DNA of 64,000 bases from Candidatus Eiseniibacteriota bacterium (GTDB lineage: Bacteria > Eisenbacteria > RBG-16-71-46 > JABDJR01), in the NCBI GenBank assembly GCA_963783375.1, contig CAWANH010000029.1, forward strand, positions 864,001 to 928,000. Reading direction: 5' to 3'. The notes under the pieces are model-generated. The model was given only the letters and a program-made list of their open reading frames with translations. It was not told the origin of the DNA and did no database searches. The position numbers and the translations under genes are program-made. Below, in pieces: positions 60,838-64,000 of this stretch. The first letter of the stretch is position 1. Each line of letters opens with the position of its first letter.

Positions 60838-62130
60838 TCAGATCCCCGAGGCCGCGGCGGTCCCGGCCACGAATCCGCTCGCCCAGGCCCACTGGAAGTT
60901 GTACCCCCCGATCCGTCCATCCACATCCAGGATCTCCCCGCAGAGGTGGAGCCCGGGGGCGAGCCGGGACTCCAGGGTCTCGAGCCGGAGTTCGGCCAGG
61001 GGCACGCCGCCGGCCGTCACCTCGGCGAAATTGTAGCCGCGGTGGCCGGTGACCGGGAGCGGATAGTCGATCACCGAGGCCACCAACGCGCGCCGTTCTT
61101 CCCGGGTGAGGGCGTGTCCGGGCCGGCCGGGATCCACCCCCGCGGCCTCGCAGAGGGCGCGGCCCAGGCGTTCGGGGAGCCGGTCCCCCAGGTATCGCCC
61201 CACGGTCCGCGCCCGAAGCCCCCGGAGCGCGGCATCCAGACTCGCGCCGGTCTCCTCGGGAAGCCAGTTCACCGCCAGGTGGGCACCGGGCTCGGCGGCC
61301 ACCGCGCTCAGGTAGTAGCGGCTCATGTCCATCACGTTGGGCCCCGAGACACCGAAGTGCGTGCAGAGGATCGATCCGGTGAGGCGCTCCTGACGCCTTC
61401 CGGTGGCGCCTCGAAGCTCGAGGGTGGCTTGGGCGGAAACCCCGGAGAGCGCGCGGAGCGGGTGGCCGTCGGGGAGAGTGAGCGGCACCAGCCCCGGCAG
61501 GATCCGCGGGGTGAGGGTGTGCCCGAGGAACCGCGCCAGCGCGTACCCGTGTCCGTCCGATCCCGAGCGGGGAAGGCTCCGGCCGCCGGTGGCCAGGATC
61601 ACGCGCCGGGCGTGGAGGCGCGCGGGGTTCGCCCCCGCACCGGTGTCCGCCCCCTCCGAGGCCTCGGCGCGCGCGAGCACGAACCCGTCCTCGGAGCGGC
61701 GCACCGACTCGACCCGCCAGGGATTACGAACCTCCACATCGGCTTCCCGGACCGCCCCCAGGAGGGCGTCGAGCACGCTGCGGGCGCGGTCGCTCACCGG
61801 GAAGAGCTTTCCCGTTTCCTCCCGCTTGAGTTCGACCCCGAGTTCGGCAAAGAAGGCCACGGTGCGGGGAACGTCGTAGCGGAGGAGCACCTTCCGGATC
61901 GCCCGGCGCGAGGAACCGGCGAAGGCGGACTCGTCCACGCGATCGTGGGTGACGTTGCAGCGCCCGCCGCCGGACACCAGGATCTTGGCCCCGAGCTTCT
62001 TCGCCCGGTCCAGGACGACGATGCGGAGCGCCCCCGGGCCGCGGGCTCTGCCGGCCTGAACCGCGGCCATGAGACCGGCGGCTCCCGCCCCCACCACCGC
62101 GATGTCCACCCGCTCCTCGGTCGACGACAA
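60838..62130 (-). CDS. HI0933/YhiN/BaiN family NAD(P)/FAD-dependent oxidoreductase
   Basis: GAGAAG, KILVSGGGRCNVT, THFGVSGP, VTAGGV, GGYNFQWAWASG. Confidence 0.93.
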   Translation of the reverse strand: MSSTEERVDIAVVGAGAAGLMAAVQAGRARGPGALRIVVLDRAKKLGAKILVSGGGRCNVTHDRVDESAFAGSSRRAIRKVLLRYDVPRTVAFFAELGVELKREETGKLFPVSDRARSVLDALLGAVREADVEVRNPWRVESVRRSEDGFVLARAEASEGADTGAGANPARLHARRVILATGGRSLPRSGSDGHGYALARFLGHTLTPRILPGLVPLTLPDGHPLRALSGVSAQATLELRGATGRRQERLTGSILCTHFGVSGPNVMDMSRYYLSAVAAEPGAHLAVNWLPEETGASLDAALRGLRARTVGRYLGDRLPERLGRALCEAAGVDPGRPGHALTREERRALVASVIDYPLPVTGHRGYNFAEVTAGGVPLAELRLETLESRLAPGLHLCGEILDVDGRIGGYNFQWAWASGFVAGTAAASGI

Positions 62131-62178
62131 CGTCTCGCTCTCCCCTCGCCCGACCCCGTGCGGTCCTCCGGCGGGACG

Positions 62179-64000
62179 CTAGTCGAGCACGATCTCCGAG
62201 GCCGGCTCCCGCAGATTGTAGCGGGAACTCATGACCGCGCCGTAGGCCCCGGCGTTCTCGATCAGGAGAACGTCGCCGGGTTCCGGATCGGGGAGCGATC
62301 GGTCGCGGCCGAGGACGTCCCCCGATTCGCAGATCGGACCCACGATCTGCCAGTAGCGCCGGCACGGCTCGTCCAGCCGGCTCAGGTTGTGAATGGTGTG
62401 CCAGGCGCCGTAGAGGGCGGGGCGAAGGAGGGAGTTCATCCCGGTGGTGAGCCCCGCGTAGTGGACGCCTTCCTTGGTCCGGACCTGGGTGACCGGGGCG
62501 ATCAGCACCCCCCCTTCGCTGACCAGGAACCGGCCCGGCTCCAGGCGAAGATCGAGCCCGGGAACCCGCGCGCGAAGCTCGGCCAGACGCGCTTCGAGCA
62601 GGGCGAGGTCGAGGGGAGCCTGCCCTGGGCGCTCGGGGACCCCCAACCCGCCGCCCAGATCGAGCCAGCGCGCCTCGGGAAATAGCTCGCGGATCCCGGC
62701 CAGGGCTTCCCCGGTTCTGAGCCAGACGTCGGGATCGAAGATCCCGCTCCCGACGTGGGCGTGAAGGCCGGTGACCCTCGCCCCCGCCCGCGACGCGGCC
62801 TCGACCAGCGCGTCCAGATCCCCGAGGGGCTGCCCGAACTTGGCCCGCGCGCCCGCGGTCCGCACCGTGGGATGGTGGCCGAAGCCGCGACCCGGATCGA
62901 GCCGGACCGCCACATCGCGGCCACGGAAGAGCTCGGGGTTGGCTTCGAATGCACCGGGACCGTCCACCGTGATCTCGGCGCCGACGGCCGCCGCCGCCGT
63001 GTACTCCTCCGGGGGGCAGAAATTCGGAGTGAAGAGCACCGGACACCCGGATCCCGCGACGGCCCGCGCCCGCTCCACCTCGGCCGCGGACACGCACTCC
63101 AGCCCGTAGCCCGCCCCGGCGAGAACGGCGAGAACGTCGGGGTGGGAGTTGGCCTTCATCGCATAGTAGAACCGGTTGATCGAGGGGAGGTCGCGCCGGA
63201 GCGCTTCGGCTCGGGCCCGGATCGCGCCGAGGTCGTAGACGTAGTGCGCGCGGCCGTCCGCCGCAATCTTCAGGAGTTCCTCCCGCCGGCCCCGCCACCA
63301 CGCCGGGGCGACCTGCTCGCCCGGGCGGCCGCCCCGGAGCATCTCCCAGCTGGGACCGAGACGCGGATCCTCGTCGTGGGCGGAAAAGAGGCGCGCGTGG
63401 AGCCGGGCGACCAGGGGCTGGGCGTCCGCCTCGTCCACCACGAAAGAGACGTTCAGATCCTCGGCGGAGACGCTCACCAGGTGCACCGGGTGCTCCTGGA
63501 ATGCCTCGAAGGCGGGGCCGAGCTCGTGGAGGACGGCGCGAATCCGCCGGCCGACGATCGACACCACCGCCGCGGGATGGACGATCCGGACCGTCCCCAG
63601 CTCCTCGAGGCGCCGCACCAGCTCCCGGAACGCCCGTCCCTCCATCCCCCCCGGAACCGTGTCCAGGGTGACGCTCACCGCGAACTCCGAGGTGGTCACG
63701 AGGTCGACCGAGATCCCCAGATCCCGGAACGGCTCGAAGACCCGCGCCAGATAGCCGGGGGTTCCCCACATGGCCAGGGCGGAGAGATTCACCAGGGTCA
63801 CCGAGGTGCGGCAGGTCACCGCGGTCACCGCAGGATGGGCGCCGTCGTCGGCCTCGATCCGGGTGCCTTCGATCTCCGGAGACTGGACCCGGGCCACCCG
63901 CACCGGGATCCGGTGGCGCGCCGCCGGAACCAGGCAGCGGGGATGAAGGACCTTCGCCCCCAGGCTGGCCAGTTCCTGGGCTTCCCGGTAGCCGATCCGG
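62179..64000 (-). CDS. Bifunctional aspartate kinase / diaminopimelate decarboxylase, 5' end outside window
   Basis: EAQELASLGAKVLHP and ACT domains, then YAMKAN, HAHVGSG, EPGRFLV, GPICESGD, GAYG. Confidence 0.93.
   Translation of the reverse strand, partial: RIGYREAQELASLGAKVLHPRCLVPAARHRIPVRVARVQSPEIEGTRIEADDGAHPAVTAVTCRTSVTLVNLSALAMWGTPGYLARVFEPFRDLGISVDLVTTSEFAVSVTLDTVPGGMEGRAFRELVRRLEELGTVRIVHPAAVVSIVGRRIRAVLHELGPAFEAFQEHPVHLVSVSAEDLNVSFVVDEADAQPLVARLHARLFSAHDEDPRLGPSWEMLRGGRPGEQVAPAWWRGRREELLKIAADGRAHYVYDLGAIRARAEALRRDLPSINRFYYAMKANSHPDVLAVLAGAGYGLECVSAAEVERARAVAGSGCPVLFTPNFCPPEEYTAAAAVGAEITVDGPGAFEANPELFRGRDVAVRLDPGRGFGHHPTVRTAGARAKFGQPLGDLDALVEAASRAGARVTGLHAHVGSGIFDPDVWLRTGEALAGIRELFPEARWLDLGGGLGVPERPGQAPLDLALLEARLAELRARVPGLDLRLEPGRFLVSEGGVLIAPVTQVRTKEGVHYAGLTTGMNSLLRPALYGAWHTIHNLSRLDEPCRRYWQIVGPICESGDVLGRDRSLPDPEPGDVLLIENAGAYGAVMSSRYNLREPASEIVLD

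Overview
A 64 kb, very GC-rich stretch of core bacterial chromosome from a diderm (LPS-making) organism. A GWxTD protein, a FlgD-like C-terminal domain and a C-terminal 'SWGxxKxxYR' tail point to an uncultured FCB-group lineage such as Ca. Eisenbacteria, Krumholzibacteria or Latescibacteria (inference). It carries Kdo synthesis genes (kdsB-pyrG-kdsA-kdsC-kdsD), a sahR-like regulator with ahcY, mdh, rplU-rpmA, a radical SAM-like gene with rng, mreBCD-mrdA-rodA, lgt-moaA, mlaEFD, metH-hppD-hmgA, an aspartokinase/DAP-decarboxylase fusion and several secreted proteins. No rRNA, tRNA, CRISPR array or mobile element was seen. Best leads: (1) a FmdB-type zinc-ribbon gene whose TGA sits at a Cys-like position of a PT-x-GTGGCG tail with a SECIS-like hairpin, a candidate selenoprotein; (2) a TIGR03960/DUF2344 radical SAM homolog lacking CxxxCxxC, plus two other apparent pseudoenzymes; (3) a candidate lineage-specific C-terminal sorting motif; (4) overlapping sigma54/sigma70 promoters; (5) repeated leaderless promoter architecture; (6) two genes split at 7-nt G/C homopolymers. 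Start codons were chosen by eye and family calls come from remembered motifs, not database searches.
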